Under the pieces are notes generated by a model. That model worked only from the letters and a program-made list of their open reading frames with translations. It was not told the origin of the DNA and ran no database searches. The position numbers and the translations under genes were made by a program. Positions 36,889-36,934 of a stretch of 36,934 bases of DNA are shown here, piece after piece; positions within the stretch are counted from its first letter, which is position 1; each line of letters begins with the position of its first letter. Where the stretch lies: contig JALDZX010000107.1 of NCBI GenBank assembly GCA_022813865.1, positions 1 to 36,934 on the forward strand. The letters run 5' to 3'. The stretch comes from Xylographa opegraphella (lineage: Eukaryota).

Positions 36889-36934
36889 CACTAGGCGCAG
36901 GTAATGGCAGCAGGTAACAGTGCATTGCTTAATC
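36889..36934 (+). mobile_element. Start of an un-RIPped GC-rich insertion beginning CACTA (possible EnSpm/CACTA terminus)
   Basis: Abrupt composition shift inside the LINE RT; starts CACTAGG and has gcaggtaa twice. Only 46 bp are visible. Confidence 0.4.

Noticed and set aside
1..36934. Organellar, AT-rich protist or alternative-genetic-code DNA
   Set aside because: Stops and substitutions are explained by C>T/G>A transitions in recognisable fungal TE proteins, and no rRNA, tRNA or respiratory genes are seen.

Overview
This is a gene-free, extremely AT-rich block of fungal (Pezizomycotina-type) genomic DNA made almost entirely of nested transposable-element relics degraded by repeat-induced point mutation (RIP): CpA/TpG are depleted, TpA is enriched and CpG is retained. 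Reading through the RIP damage gives these elements: (i) at least three copies of a Tad1-like LINE; (ii) Gypsy chromovirus A (+, 5683-18794) inserted in one LINE copy; (iii) a second chromovirus B (-, 9869-~15952) nested in A's RT, carrying an extra ANTISENSE ORF that de-RIPs to a Zn(II)2Cys6-type cluster plus coiled coil; (iv) a 10.4-kb non-chromoviral Gypsy C (+, 23791-34153, 4-bp TSD) inserted in another LINE copy, with about 3 kb of unexplained sequence after pol; (v) four copies of a TA-flanked MITE; and (vi) three un-RIPped, GC-rich patches. These patches are a 360-bp solo LTR related to B, a Copia-like LTR spanning an assembly gap, and a CACTA-starting fragment at the right edge. No intact host gene is visible. 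The ORF-track ORFs are TE fragments or low-complexity artefacts. All alignments and de-RIP translations were done by eye, so internal domain boundaries are approximate.
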